DNA of 62,770 nucleotides, filler included, from Rhabdomonas costata (Eukaryota), in NCBI GenBank assembly GCA_019059605.1. It is 36 parts of 36 records of this genome, joined end to end, with 100 filler letters (N's around TTAATTAATTAA, not from the genome) between each part and the next. Parts side by side here need not be neighbours in the genome. Positions count along the whole stretch, not along the records: positions 1 to 1,645 come from JAHMHO010011342.1; positions 1,746 to 3,392 come from JAHMHO010011343.1; positions 3,493 to 5,139 come from JAHMHO010011344.1; positions 5,240 to 6,886 come from JAHMHO010011345.1; positions 6,987 to 8,633 come from JAHMHO010011346.1; positions 8,734 to 10,379 come from JAHMHO010011347.1; positions 10,480 to 12,126 come from JAHMHO010011348.1; 29 more parts are not named here. One strand, 5' to 3'. A program made the position numbers and the translations under genes. Positions 1 through 11,159 of this stretch are shown here, piece by piece (positions within the stretch are counted from its first letter, which is position 1; the number at the start of each line of letters is the position of its first letter). The notes under the pieces are model-generated. The model was given only the letters and a program-made list of their open reading frames with translations. It was not told the origin of the DNA and made no database searches.

Positions 1-267
1 TTTTGGGGGTAACTCCACGTGCAGAATCATGTGACAGAATCCTCTCTCCCAATGCCCAGCGCGTGCACGCTTTATGGTACGCGATGCTGGAATTTTGTTG
101 TGCGTGCCAATTTTGGTGTGGGTGGGTGTGGTGAGGTTTCCCCTCCAGCACAGTCGTACCCTCTCCCCTGAGCCAAGCTGAATGCCCTGTGTGCGGCTCG
201 CTCGAGCATGATATCAACCACATTACACATGAAACCTCACCCCGCATTCGTGCTTTCACACCATACC

Positions 268-1549
268 CCTGTGTGCCAGTCTGTGTGTGCTGAGGGCATA
301 GCGCGCTGGCTGAGGTGAAGGTGATGACTCTCTCTTCTGGCGATTCCGCGTCTTCTGTGCTTGAGTGCTGCGCAAATGCCTGGAGTTGGCTGGCTGGCGT
401 GACGCAGATGCTTGCTAATTGTCATGCGGTACTTACCTCCGAGTTCTCTGTCACCGTGGTGTCACGGTACCCGCTTACCGCCACTGTAACATCGCCGGGT
501 CTCTGCAGACCTGCAGGGTTGCTGCCACTGCTGCTATTTGTGCTGGTGCGCGGCTGGCCCCACTTCTGCTACCACCTCTGTAGTTGTGGGTTTCACATAT
601 CACACTGTAATGCATCAACAAGTTTATGGGATAAAACTCCGATCATTACCACCCGGGGCCCGGGGTACAGCCTGGAGACAGCGTGGGCAACAGGGTTTTC
701 CCGAGCCCACTTTCTTACACAGTGCAACGATCACCACAAGTGGACCCCCCAACTCACCCCAACCAGCACATCAGTGAGGCCAGAGAGCGTCTGTTCGTCG
801 GTTCTAAGAGTTTCTGAGGTAAACCTGTCGTGCTCCTCGAGGAAGTTCAACCCCAAATTGGCCATGACCTCCTCCAACTCTTTCCGTCGCTCAACAAGCA
901 CTTCCGCGGAAAACTTAGGGTGCAACCTCGAAGCCCAGCCCTCCCTCCACGGTACCGCTCGCAGCGCGAGAAAAGAGCGCGTCATGCCTGAAAACCAGCC
1001 AGAACACCCACGGCATGCACGAGGCGTTGTGGTTTCTGCATCCAATGAGCTGTTCGAACTTCCTGGCCAGGATGGGTGGAGGTCCTTGGCAGACTTGGAT
1101 GGGGGATGGTACAGCGGTATTACGGTATTACGGAGCCATGAACTGAGAACACTTGCTCAAGTGCACTGCGTTGAGCCCATCAGCGAGAAACCACACGGAA
1201 TTTTGTGGCAGGTGCTGACCAAAACTTACCCGCAAAATCGGTGAGAGGTGATGTCCAGCGACCCATTCAAAAACCAATAATTGGAGGCCGAAGAGGGCGG
1301 GGCAAAACAGTTGGAACCAAAAGAAAGCCGTTCAAAAAAACAGAGCTGCTTCCTCCAAGGGCTAAAAGTTGGAACAGGACCTTGACATGTTACTTGGTTG
1401 ATGTCCAACTTTTCGACCTCCTTCGGGCACACGTAGCCCTCGGATCTCCACACACAGTGCAGCCGGTGCCCCTGCCGCAGCCACTGCACCACAGACTCTC
1501 TCAAAAGACCTGCCACAAGGAGAAGCACAAGAATAAGTGTGATGAGCAT
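268..1549 (-). CDS. Multi-exon hypothetical protein with N-terminal hydrophobic segment and very short introns (partial, tentative model)
   Basis: GT-AG joins keep one frame: MLITLILVLLLVAG...DINQ | LCFF...RFCG | ALEQVFSVHGS | SAKDL...TTP | RMTRSF...EHDR | RSLASLMCWLG | KWARENP... Candidate introns at 1094-1131 (38 nt), 988-1020 (33 nt) and 791-824 (34 nt); 11-nt micro-exon at 437-447. No family recognised. Confidence 0.5.
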
Positions 1550-1645
1550 GAGGAGATAGCGGGGTCACAGCCACAGCCAGTAAACAAAAGGCACGCAATC
1601 ACCCACCTGCCCAAACGTAGTCACCACAGGCCGAAAAAAACAAAA

Positions 1646-1745
1646 NNNNNNNNNNNNNNNNNNNNNNNNNNNNNNNNNNNNNNNNNNNNTTAATTAATTA
1701 ANNNNNNNNNNNNNNNNNNNNNNNNNNNNNNNNNNNNNNNNNNNN
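1646..1745. other. Artificial contig-joining spacer (N44-TTAATTAATTAA-N44); first of 35 copies at ~1747-nt intervals
   Basis: The same six-frame-stop 12-mer inside N runs recurs through the window, and the contigs between spacers are all about 1644-1649 nt, as expected for a length-sorted assembly. Confidence 0.99.
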
Positions 1746-3015
1746 TCCGGGCTCAGCTTCAGGGTGCGGTAGCAGGTCGTGCAATGAACTTGCCTTTCGG
1801 TCAACCTTCGCAGCGCACTCTGAAGTACCCAAACATACGCTTTCAGATGAACCTTTGTCTCGTCACGGTTCCGCAAAATCGCATTCACGCACCGGAACAA
1901 AAACGACTCCACCGTGTACAGACGAATCGCAGCCTCGAAAAGCTCGTCGTCGTTGCCGCTCATGAAAGCCTTCTTCAGCTGCTCCGCAATCTGCTCGGGA
2001 CTGGGATGCCGTGGCCAGAAGTCGCTCTGGGTGACTTCATTCTTTTGAAAGTGAGCTGCCCTAAGACTCGCCCATTCCGCGTAGTCGACCTTCCCGCAGA
2101 GGTATGCCCTTCCTTCCTGCAAGACCCCATTGCATAACTCCTCCACCGATACTTTCGTGCGATCGAAGAGAGCATTCCGATTTCCAATCAACGGGCTTTT
2201 TGCAACGGAGCGAGCAAAGGATCGGTTGTACGTCCGAATCGAGCTGGTGTCGCAGGCTCTCGGTTCGCTGTTCTCCGCATGTGATGCCTCTATTCGCAAA
2301 TAAGCTTCCAGTACTCGCAGGCCTTCCGGGTGCTTCTTAGATTGCCTCATGCATATGTCCAGTGGGCTCTCCCCGAAGTTATTGCGCAGCTTGCGCACAT
2401 CGAAGCTCCGCCGGTGGGCACCGTGGCGGTCCAGAAGCCACAATAAGGCCTTGGCGCGCCCCTGATCGGCCGCAGCGTGAAACGCGTAGCTCCCAGAGCG
2501 GGGCTCTGTCCAGTGCAGACAGCACACACCACATTGCTGGAAAACCTTCTCCATCGCCGAGACATTGCCAGCTCGTGCTTCATCATACAGCATCGATTCG
2601 CACACCACCTTCTCCTTCTCCTTCCGGAGTGACTCCGGTAAAGGCTGTAGACAAAGCACCAAACCAGTGCAGGTGGTAAACCACTTCAAAGAGCCCGTCT
2701 CTCAATGAAGGTTCTTCAATTCTTCAATTCACAATTAACCTAGAACGGGGTGCAAAAAGCAAGCAAAGTAAGAATATTGAACAGGACCACGAGCAGCTAA
2801 AAGTACAGACTCCGTTGTGCCGGGGTTGGCCCCTCTGAAAACAGAATGGTTGCACGCCATACAAGTTTGTCGTGGCTGCAGTCACACGTGAAGAGGGTTC
2901 GGGTGACCAGCCGGATCTCATGACCGAAGTGGCAGGCCTCCGCGCAAGCCTCACAGCAGCCATAGTCCCCCATAAGCCCGCAGGTCTCGCAGCAGAACAT
3001 GAGGTGCATGTCCAT
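1746..3015 (-). CDS. UBR-box zinc finger + ankyrin repeats + mono-ADP-ribosyltransferase-like domain (3' truncated by contig end)
   Basis: Exon 1 at 3015-2863 encodes MDMHLMFCCETCGLMGDYGCCEACAEACHFGHEIRLVTRTLFTCDCSHDKL (UBR-box C/H spacing). A phase-0 GT-AG intron spans 2862-2645. Exon 2 at 2644-1746 has ankyrin motifs (GSYAFHAAADQGRAKALLWLL, NNFGESPLDIC) and the ART signature AIRLYTVESFLFRCVNAILR...LQSALRRL...CYR. Confidence 0.82.
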
Positions 3016-6000
3016 CGCGATGCCGTGGCAAAGCGATGGCTTTCGCGTGCGAGAAAGAAAGGCAGGAAAAACACCGCGTTTGTTGGTGTGTCGGTGGGAT
3101 GGGGTGGGGGGAGTGAAGACGGGACGAGGGAAGAGAAGGTGAAGCCACGCACCACAGTTGTTTTCGGCATAAAAAATGCCGAGTTCCAGTTAGGGGCTTT
3201 GATATGTCCCACTGCTTTTCCAATGAAGAGCTGCATTCGCTCCTCCCGGTGCAGATTATTCAGGAAATTTACGGAATGTGTCCAGTTGCAAAAAGTGCAA
3301 CTGCACTGCACTGAACTGGCAACTCATACCATTCATTATCTCACCTCTCACACCCAGCACCGCATCAAAGTCCAACCCCTTCACCACAAACCNNNNNNNN
3401 NNNNNNNNNNNNNNNNNNNNNNNNNNNNNNNNNNNNTTAATTAATTAANNNNNNNNNNNNNNNNNNNNNNNNNNNNNNNNNNNNNNNNNNNNTTGTTTTT
3501 TAGGACACAGTTAGGTAACTATGTCACAGTTAGGTTACTATTTCAGCTACCTATAAATACATTGACTTTCACAAAATGGGGTCAGGTATGCTGTTTTTCT
3601 GACCCTTGGACGTACCCCCCCCCAAAAAAAAAGACTATTGAGGCAAAAATTGTCCCAAATGTGGCACAGCTTGCGCACACTCCGGGGCTATTCAAATAAA
3701 CGTGTCCACAGCGATTTTTCTGAGGAGCTCTCCATGACAGATTTGTTGTTTTTTCTGAGCGCATCCCAATTTTAAGCACCAATAATATCCGAAATACCAA
3801 GGTGTCGTGATTCATTTGCCAGACCTCGGTTCAGAAGGAAGTGCTTTGCAGACTTTGAATAACACAAAAATAAATTCTGCTTGAGAAAAACTCTTGCTTC
3901 CAGGGTTCAAGGGCTGGATGTTTCAGCAAAGTACATAGTAATTATCAACAGATCTCAGTGCGCTTACTTGGGACCCCTTGTGACAATGAATACGGGTATG
4001 CCCCAGAAAATATAGCCAGATTTAAGGAGCTTCACATGCTTCACAAGAAGCAACCGTGCTGTGATGATTCACAACGTGACACTTTTGCAAGTAACCAATT
4101 CTTTTGGTACGACTTTTTCACCTCTCTCGCTTTTAAGGTGGAACGGGCAACATTTACACGAGGTTACAGCCGCAAGAAGTGAGCAAGACCGATCAACAGC
4201 AGTCTGGGAAAATACCTACAGATCTGCATAACAACAGTTCTTGGCGTTCATGACACACTTTTCTTTCTCGAAAAAGAGAGGCAGCGAGAAGGAGAAGGGA
4301 AAGCGTTGGGCATTAGGGTTCACCTTTGCCAGACGTTACACGGGCGACGGGGATGTGCCTGCAGCCACGCCAACGTCCCAGCCACATCCTTGTTAACCTC
4401 TCGCCGCCGCAGAAAGCCATAACTCACGCGCTCAACTGAAAAGCGCTCAGCTGAAAGCGGGCTAGGCCGGAAGCAACGCACTCTCCCTCACACAACGCAC
4501 GGAACTAACGCTAACCCTGCTCTTTGAGAGCACCCAGTACGCGTGCAGTTGCAGGAGAACATTCAAACCCTATATGGCAGGGCCATGGAGACAAAGCTCG
4601 GAAGAAAGTACAGGGGAAAAGCTTAGAAAAGGCCAAAACAACGCGAACACCGACCGAACACCCTGACAGTGTGGGGTCAACTTTACCACGCATCTGCCCC
4701 AAATGGTAGTTTTTTTACGCACGCTCACAAGGAAAAATGGCCGTAAGCTTGCGTAAGTGTTCCCCAGAGGGAGATTGGCCAGAACAAGGCGGGGGGAGGG
4801 AAGTATCCACAAAAATTCATACAGTTACGAGAGATTCTCTGCATGCTGCCTTCCCGAAATGCTGAATATGGGTTCAAACTGTATGTGCTGGGCCGGAAGG
4901 CCGTGAACGCTGCTCTGTCCTCGGAGCTTGGAAGTACAATTCCGCGCTGTAGTCAATAGTTGCACTATCTTTTATTCCATTCGCAGGGGAAAGACGATCA
5001 TCCCCCGCATCCCCTCATGGAAATTCAAGCTGCCGCGTTGACGGATTATCGGAAAAATCACTTCTGGTAACCACCTCGTCTGTAGATCGCCATGGACACG
5101 TTTCTTTTGCATGACCAGAAACCGAACATCACACAAACCNNNNNNNNNNNNNNNNNNNNNNNNNNNNNNNNNNNNNNNNNNNNTTAATTAATTAANNNNN
5201 NNNNNNNNNNNNNNNNNNNNNNNNNNNNNNNNNNNNNNNCCCAGGCTGACGTGTGTGAATTTCCGCGCGCCGCGTGGGTTGGATGGATGTCTTGATGTGG
5301 TGGGCGGTTCTCCCATACCCGTGAAGTGCATGTGCGGCCAGGTGAGTAATAATTCATGAGCTTTTTTTTGTTTTGGTAAGGTCGGGCGCGGGGAAGGGTG
5401 GTGATTGGCAGCCCTTACAGCCAGTAACCGTTACCAGGGAGGGAATGCTGGAAGTCTTTAAAAGAAACTGCTCGGAGGCCCTCCAGGTCACGTGCCCGCC
5501 CCAGCGGCCCACTGCACCACGCCGCTGGCCGTCGCCCCTAAACAAACGTTGTCCTACTCCCTCCCTCCCGGCCAATGGCTGTTTCCTTGCCGCAGTAATT
5601 TTGAGGTTCCCAGCTAAAGCACTCGTTTTGGGAGCCCTCAGAACACGTACGGAGCTGAGCGGGTGCTAGCCCCCCCCCCCACCAGAACAGGGAAAAAGAA
5701 CAGCGTTTTGAACACGTTAGAAACTAGATACAAAAAAATAGCTGCAACTCATACAACAACAGGAAAAAGAAAAATACTGCGTACTAAACAAATGCCTCAT
5801 AAATACCTCAAATCTCAATAGATTTACAGACGAATTGTATTGCATTTCGCTATTCTAAGTTTTTCTTCCAAAAGTTTTCAAGGATTCCAGCGTCGTTTGC
5901 TCACGGAAACTTGATCCTTATTGTTTTGTTAAGAATGCGACATTTGCCAACAGAAGACTAAAAACGAAATGAAAGATGCAATTTCATGTCAATCTGCTGC

Positions 6001-6500
6001 CCTCCACAATACCCCAACGAATGTAAAAAATCGTCCCAACTGCCGGCACAACTTTTTCTAGCATCCCCTCTCGCTCCGTTTTCTTCCCTTAGGCCTCCGC
6101 CCGACCTGAAGACGAAGCCCTGCTGCCGCCCAGCGATGGTGGGTGCCCACGCTTACCCCTCACGTCGGCTGAAAGTCTTCACCCAATTCGGTGGGTGACT
6201 TCCCTTATTGCCGTGCTGGACCGGAGCCGGAGCCCGACCTTGTCGCGGGTATCATGCCTTGAGCTAGACTGGCCGTTTGGGCCAGGCCTTTTTTGTTAGC
6301 CGATTTTCCAATTCGCTTTGGGGGGCCTTTGCAGGCCTGCATACAGAGCCCAAGCCTTCGGGCGGGCGCTTTCATGCAAAGTCAGGCAAACCTTTGCCTT
6401 TCGACGATTAGCACCGTCAGGCAGAAAAGATTTCCACGCGACAGATTTGCCAGGAGGAGTGCTTTTGGATGGATTTCCTTTTGGGTCAATCTGAAGAATC

Positions 6501-6543
6501 TTAGGGCAACCACCCTAACCCTAACCCTAACTCTAACCCTAAC
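6501..6543. repeat. Interstitial telomere-like repeat: one TTAGGG facing (CCCTAA)x5 with one variant
   Basis: Sequence reads ttaggg caacca ccctaa ccctaa ccctaa ctctaa ccctaa c. Confidence 0.8.
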
Positions 6544-7289
6544 ATCCCACTGGCTCAGGGCATCACCCTTGCCTCCTCCGCGCATCCGATCCCAAGGGGG
6601 CCGCAGCCTCTGCTGCCCCTGACCGCCCCTGCACTGGCCCATGAAGAAGAAGAAGATCTGCTCGCGGGCAGGCAAAGCCCCCCCCCCCGTCCATCGCATT
6701 TGCTTCCCCGTGCACCACAGAAAGCAGCCGGTGGACCAGTGATAAGAGTTTTCCTTTCTTTGCGATTCTAGAAAGCCCCATGTGACCGGAAATTTCCGAG
6801 AATCTCCTTTCACTGCGCGAAAGTGACCGGGAAACCGAACCATTCCATGCCAACTCCAGCACCCCTATGAAAGTACCCCACAAACANNNNNNNNNNNNNN
6901 NNNNNNNNNNNNNNNNNNNNNNNNNNNNNNTTAATTAATTAANNNNNNNNNNNNNNNNNNNNNNNNNNNNNNNNNNNNNNNNNNNNGGGTGGTTTTGCTG
7001 CCAAATTATGGTCCGAACAGGCCATTTTTGCCCTGTTTTCGCCCATTTTAGCCCATGTATCGCCAGTTTCGGTGATTTTTCGACACTTTTTAGGTGAAGG
7101 CGGACGCGACAAAGGCAATTTTTTTCAATACCCGATTTTGTCGATACCCGACACAAAATTATGGGGCATTTGACTCCTTTGCGTCGCACAGGAGAGAGAG
7201 GGAAAACAGAAGCAATGCCCTTATTTCCACTGAGAGAGAAGGAAGAAGCCGTGGGGTGCGCAGGGTCTTTTGATGTGTCCGTGTGGCAG

Positions 7290-7450
7290 GGCACATCCCG
7301 ACCTCTTTGGGGGGATCTGTGAGGCGAAGACTGTGGCGGACCCGTACCCTGCCACCCGCGGCGCGGCCCGAGTGCTGACGAAGCGGCAGGAGTTCACCGA
7401 CCTGCTGGACAACAAGATGAGCCTGGGCTCCAACCTCACCGCCCAGATGG
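7290..7450 (+). CDS. Internal exon of an unidentified protein
   Basis: AG/GT-bounded, GC3-rich open frame AHPDLFGGICEAKTVADPYPATRGAARVLTKRQEFTDLLDNKMSLGSNLTAQM. Confidence 0.6.
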
Positions 7451-7451
7451 G

Positions 7452-7482
<31 letters not shown>

Positions 7483-8740
7483 TTTTTTGTGTGGGACGGT
7501 GAGTCCCATAAAAATTGCATTCTTGCCAAATGCACCAAGTGTGTGTGGCGGTGAAGGCCCAATGAGTAGAACCATCAAAAGTAAAGCACGCTACACCCCA
7601 AACTCGCTCGGTTGAATCCCTATCTTTGCTCCCTTCTCCACAAAGAGCCGCTTGCATAATTCACAATTCACTTCAAAGTATCAACTCACTGTGGGGAAGA
7701 AATCGCGCCTTCTCGGCTCAGTAGTCTCTTCGAAGCATCCCACATTGCTAGGTCCACCACCAAGAAAAATTTCTGGGTTCATCACAGAACATGTCCCCAG
7801 ACAGCGGCATTTCTATAGGCTAAAAAGACTTCCAAAAACAACCGTCACATACCATGTCTGAGTTTCCGGGGGTAACTTGCCTTACGTTGATCGTGCTCTT
7901 GCGTCCAATCCTTGTGGCCACCATACGAGCGGTGAGTTTTCATATGAATTTTTTGTGGGTGAGTTGTCTTGAGCTACCCAACGCAACTTGTTTCGCCCAG
8001 TGTAGTGGTTCTCTATCGATGAGCGTGTGTTGCTTCTTTCCTTTTGAAAATTTCTGTCCTTCCTTATCCCTCGTATGCTGACTGCTGTGCACAACTCAAA
8101 GCCGGTTTTCGTGGTTTTCGTGCGCAGGCTGGTTGTTTATTGTCGCAATTTTCCCTTTCTCGGTGTGTGAATTTTGGTCTGCAAGCAAAATGGCCGTCTT
8201 GTGCGTGTATTTGTGTGTCAGTTGGAGTGCACAGGGGAGGCAGTGGACGTAATAAAAAATGACTCCTTCACTTTGCCCTTTCACTTTGGCGCTGACAATG
8301 GATGCATTTGGCTCTAACTGACCGAAGGTAATGATTGTGCCCCAGCGGGCAAATGGGTTCCACGTTGAAAAATTGAAAAGTATGACAAATATGAAATGTA
8401 ATTTTTATAATTCCGCACAGGGCTGTCTTGCTCCGTTCACTTTGGGCTGTTGTCTGGCGCGCGTCATGTCAAAAGTGAGAGTTACAGCCGAGACGATAAT
8501 TCGGCAAAAACTGACCACGGAACTTCAAAGGCGAGATGTGATGACACTCATAAGGCCGTTTTAATGTCCGAAAAAGCCTAAAAATTCCCTGAAACGAAAC
8601 ACCATTTACCCCCCCCCTAAAAAATACAAACACNNNNNNNNNNNNNNNNNNNNNNNNNNNNNNNNNNNNNNNNNNNNTTAATTAATTAANNNNNNNNNNN
8701 NNNNNNNNNNNNNNNNNNNNNNNNNNNNNNNNNTGTGTTG

Positions 8741-8858
8741 TGTAGTTTTCTCTTCACCGTCACCCAGCCTCCAAATGTTTATGTTGTTGTTGTTCTGAAG
8801 ACAGAACAACAACAACATAAACATTTGGAGGCTGGGTGACGGTGAAGAGAAAACTACA
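8741..8858. repeat. Perfect 57-bp fold-back inverted repeat at contig start (probable amplification artefact)
   Basis: Arms at 8741-8797 and 8802-8858 with a 4-nt loop, directly next to the G/T-only end tag. Confidence 0.85.
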
Positions 8859-8874
8859 GGACACAACAAACTTA

Positions 8875-9066
8875 TGGCACTCCTTCAGCAGTGTACCTTT
8901 TTCCTGATGGAGCACATTCGCGATGCACTGATGGTATCGTTTTCTTGATCTCGCGTGGGGTTAGGAAGCGATGCACGTGTCCCCACGAACAGGATATTTC
9001 ATTTCGCAGGGGGTTTGGAAGCCACGCACGTGTCCCTAAATAAGGTACACTGCTGAAGGTATGCCA
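8875..9066. mobile_element. MITE-like element with ~25-bp terminal inverted repeats and two internal ~50-bp units
   Basis: Left end TGGCACTCCTTCAGCAGTGTACCTT (8875-8899) matches the reverse complement of right end AAGGTACACTGCTGAAGGTATGCCA (9042-9066) with 2 mismatches. A homologous copy lies at 41062-41213. Confidence 0.75.
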
Positions 9067-10972
9067 AACTTGTTTACTTACTTACGAACGCATCCTTTCT
9101 GCGTGCGCGCAGCAGTTGCAGTTGCAGAGGATTAAACGGTGAGCGTGAGGTAAACTTCCTGAGGTGTCTCAGCCCATTGGTCCAGGGTACCACCGCATCG
9201 ATACCAATCCCATTGAGATTTGTTCTCAGACGGATAAACGACCTCATCAGTTATTTAGATTCAGGCTCCATCCCGGAGGCAATTTGCCGCATGTGCAACA
9301 TGCGTAACAGAGCCCGGTATCGTGGGCTCAAACTAGTGCCACGGCCCTGACAGAGACGAATAATCCGAAGGTCTGGTTCTGCAGTCGAAGGACGGCACCT
9401 TCATTTGCCAAACCACCCATAAATTGAGCACAATAGGACTACCCTATAGAGCAAGCGAGAGAAAGCAACGAAGAAGACATCGGAGAAAGAGCAGCCAAAT
9501 CTATTGGTGAACTGGCGCGCGAGCTGGAAAACAACACACACACACACACACGTTGAAGACGACGGTGCAGGAAGGTCCGCCTGCTCTTGCCCACGCTCAG
9601 CGTCCTGGAGATGCTGCCACAGCTCCGGCCCAAAACCTTGAGAAGCGCTGCATCCCCCACACGCACCCACACAACGCGCACACCCACACGAATCCACTAA
9701 TCCGCAATGGCCACGCGTGCGGATTGGGTGGTTCGCAAATGTGCTCTGAAGTAAGGGTGGGAGGTACGCAAGAGCACCCACCTACCCACCAAAGAATGAT
9801 AGTGTGTCCATTGTCAGCTCAGAGTGTAAATTGGGAGGCCTCTGCTTTCATTCACCCAAACCCGGTTTACAGGCAGACGAGTGGGGTCCGTTCAGGAGGC
9901 CGAGGCCACTTGTGGCGTGGCGGAGCAAGCGGTATGGTGCAAGTCCACAACAATATACAACTGTAGAGGCAACAACCCGGGCCCCCCCATCCAGTTCCGC
10001 ATTTCATGAATAGCAGTGATATGCTGGTTTACAAGAGTCCCCCCTTCCCGAATTCCCAAAGAAGGTCCGGGGAGTGCTTGTGTGGCATAGAAAGGACAGC
10101 TTCTTTTGAGCCACAAGTACGGAAAGGAAGGAAAAATGTATTCCAGCGGTAACGACTGAGAGCATACACACCTCGCTGTTTTTCTCATTTTCTTTTCTCA
10201 AATGGGGTTTTTCTAATTTCACCGCATTCCCCTTCTGTGGGTAGATTTCTACCAATCCACCCGTACCACGTAGCCCACTGTGTCGCCGACCAACATGAAG
10301 ATGAAAAACATGTGCAGAAAAAAGAAGCAACGCAACCTGTAGAACGAGCACGCGGGCTTCCCTTCGCCACCCCAAAACANNNNNNNNNNNNNNNNNNNNN
10401 NNNNNNNNNNNNNNNNNNNNNNNTTAATTAATTAANNNNNNNNNNNNNNNNNNNNNNNNNNNNNNNNNNNNNNNNNNNNAGCAAGGATTCCTGCTGGGGG
10501 GTTTTTGCGATGAGTTGAACCACTGCTGCTATCCAAAATACGCATTTTCGCCGACCACTCGCCTGCACGGAGTCTATTGCGTTGCATTCCCGTTTTTTTT
10601 TCATCCCCCCCCCCCCTTTGGTTCAAGACGGTCTAGTGTGATAACTCTGATCTTTTTGGACCCTAGCGTGCCCACAGGAAATGAGGGATCAATTTAAATA
10701 CTGTTTGCGAATGTTGTGAATAGCAAAGCCAGTAGCAACCGACACGATAGAGAATTGTGCGAAATTGAACGAATTTTGATATGGTGCTAACGCTGGCTTT
10801 TTTCGGCTCCGCATAACCTGCTTTATTTTGTGCGGGATCATTTGTTTTTTGTACAATACCTTCCTTCTCGTCTCAGATTCCATTCATTCGACGGCATTGT
10901 ATCTTTTCTGCGCTTTCCCTCTCGCACACAACTCCGAACTTCGTATTCTCAAACCGCTCTTTCCTCGGAAGA

Positions 10973-11159
10973 ATGGCTGAGAAACGCCCTGCCCTATGGG
11001 GCTGGGCCCTTGCGATTGCTGCTCTGCTGCTGGTGCTGCACCCTGGGCACCTGGTGACAGCCCAGGAGCCAGCGGTTACCCCGCACCCCAAGATGTGGAA
11101 GCGGGCCATCGATTCCTTGGATTGGCTCTTCAAGGGCCGTCCGCGTCAGCACGTGCAGG
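10973..11159 (+). CDS. First exon of a signal-peptide-bearing protein
   Basis: MAEKRPALWGWALAIAALLLVLHPGHLVTAQEP... shows n/h/c signal-peptide layout, a pyrimidine-rich upstream region and a GT donor at 11160. Confidence 0.6.

Noticed and set aside
315-1244. 309-aa + strand ORF
   Set aside because: No recognisable motifs, and it is antisense to a phase-consistent spliced model on the minus strand.
8741-8858. Long perfect palindromes as hairpin telomeres, miRNA precursors or foldback elements (also 25922-26095, 34622-34829, ~39950-40062, 57640-57797)
   Set aside because: All five sit at a contig end and stop at the primer-like tag, with unrelated arm sequences. Self-priming or template switching during amplification is the simpler explanation.
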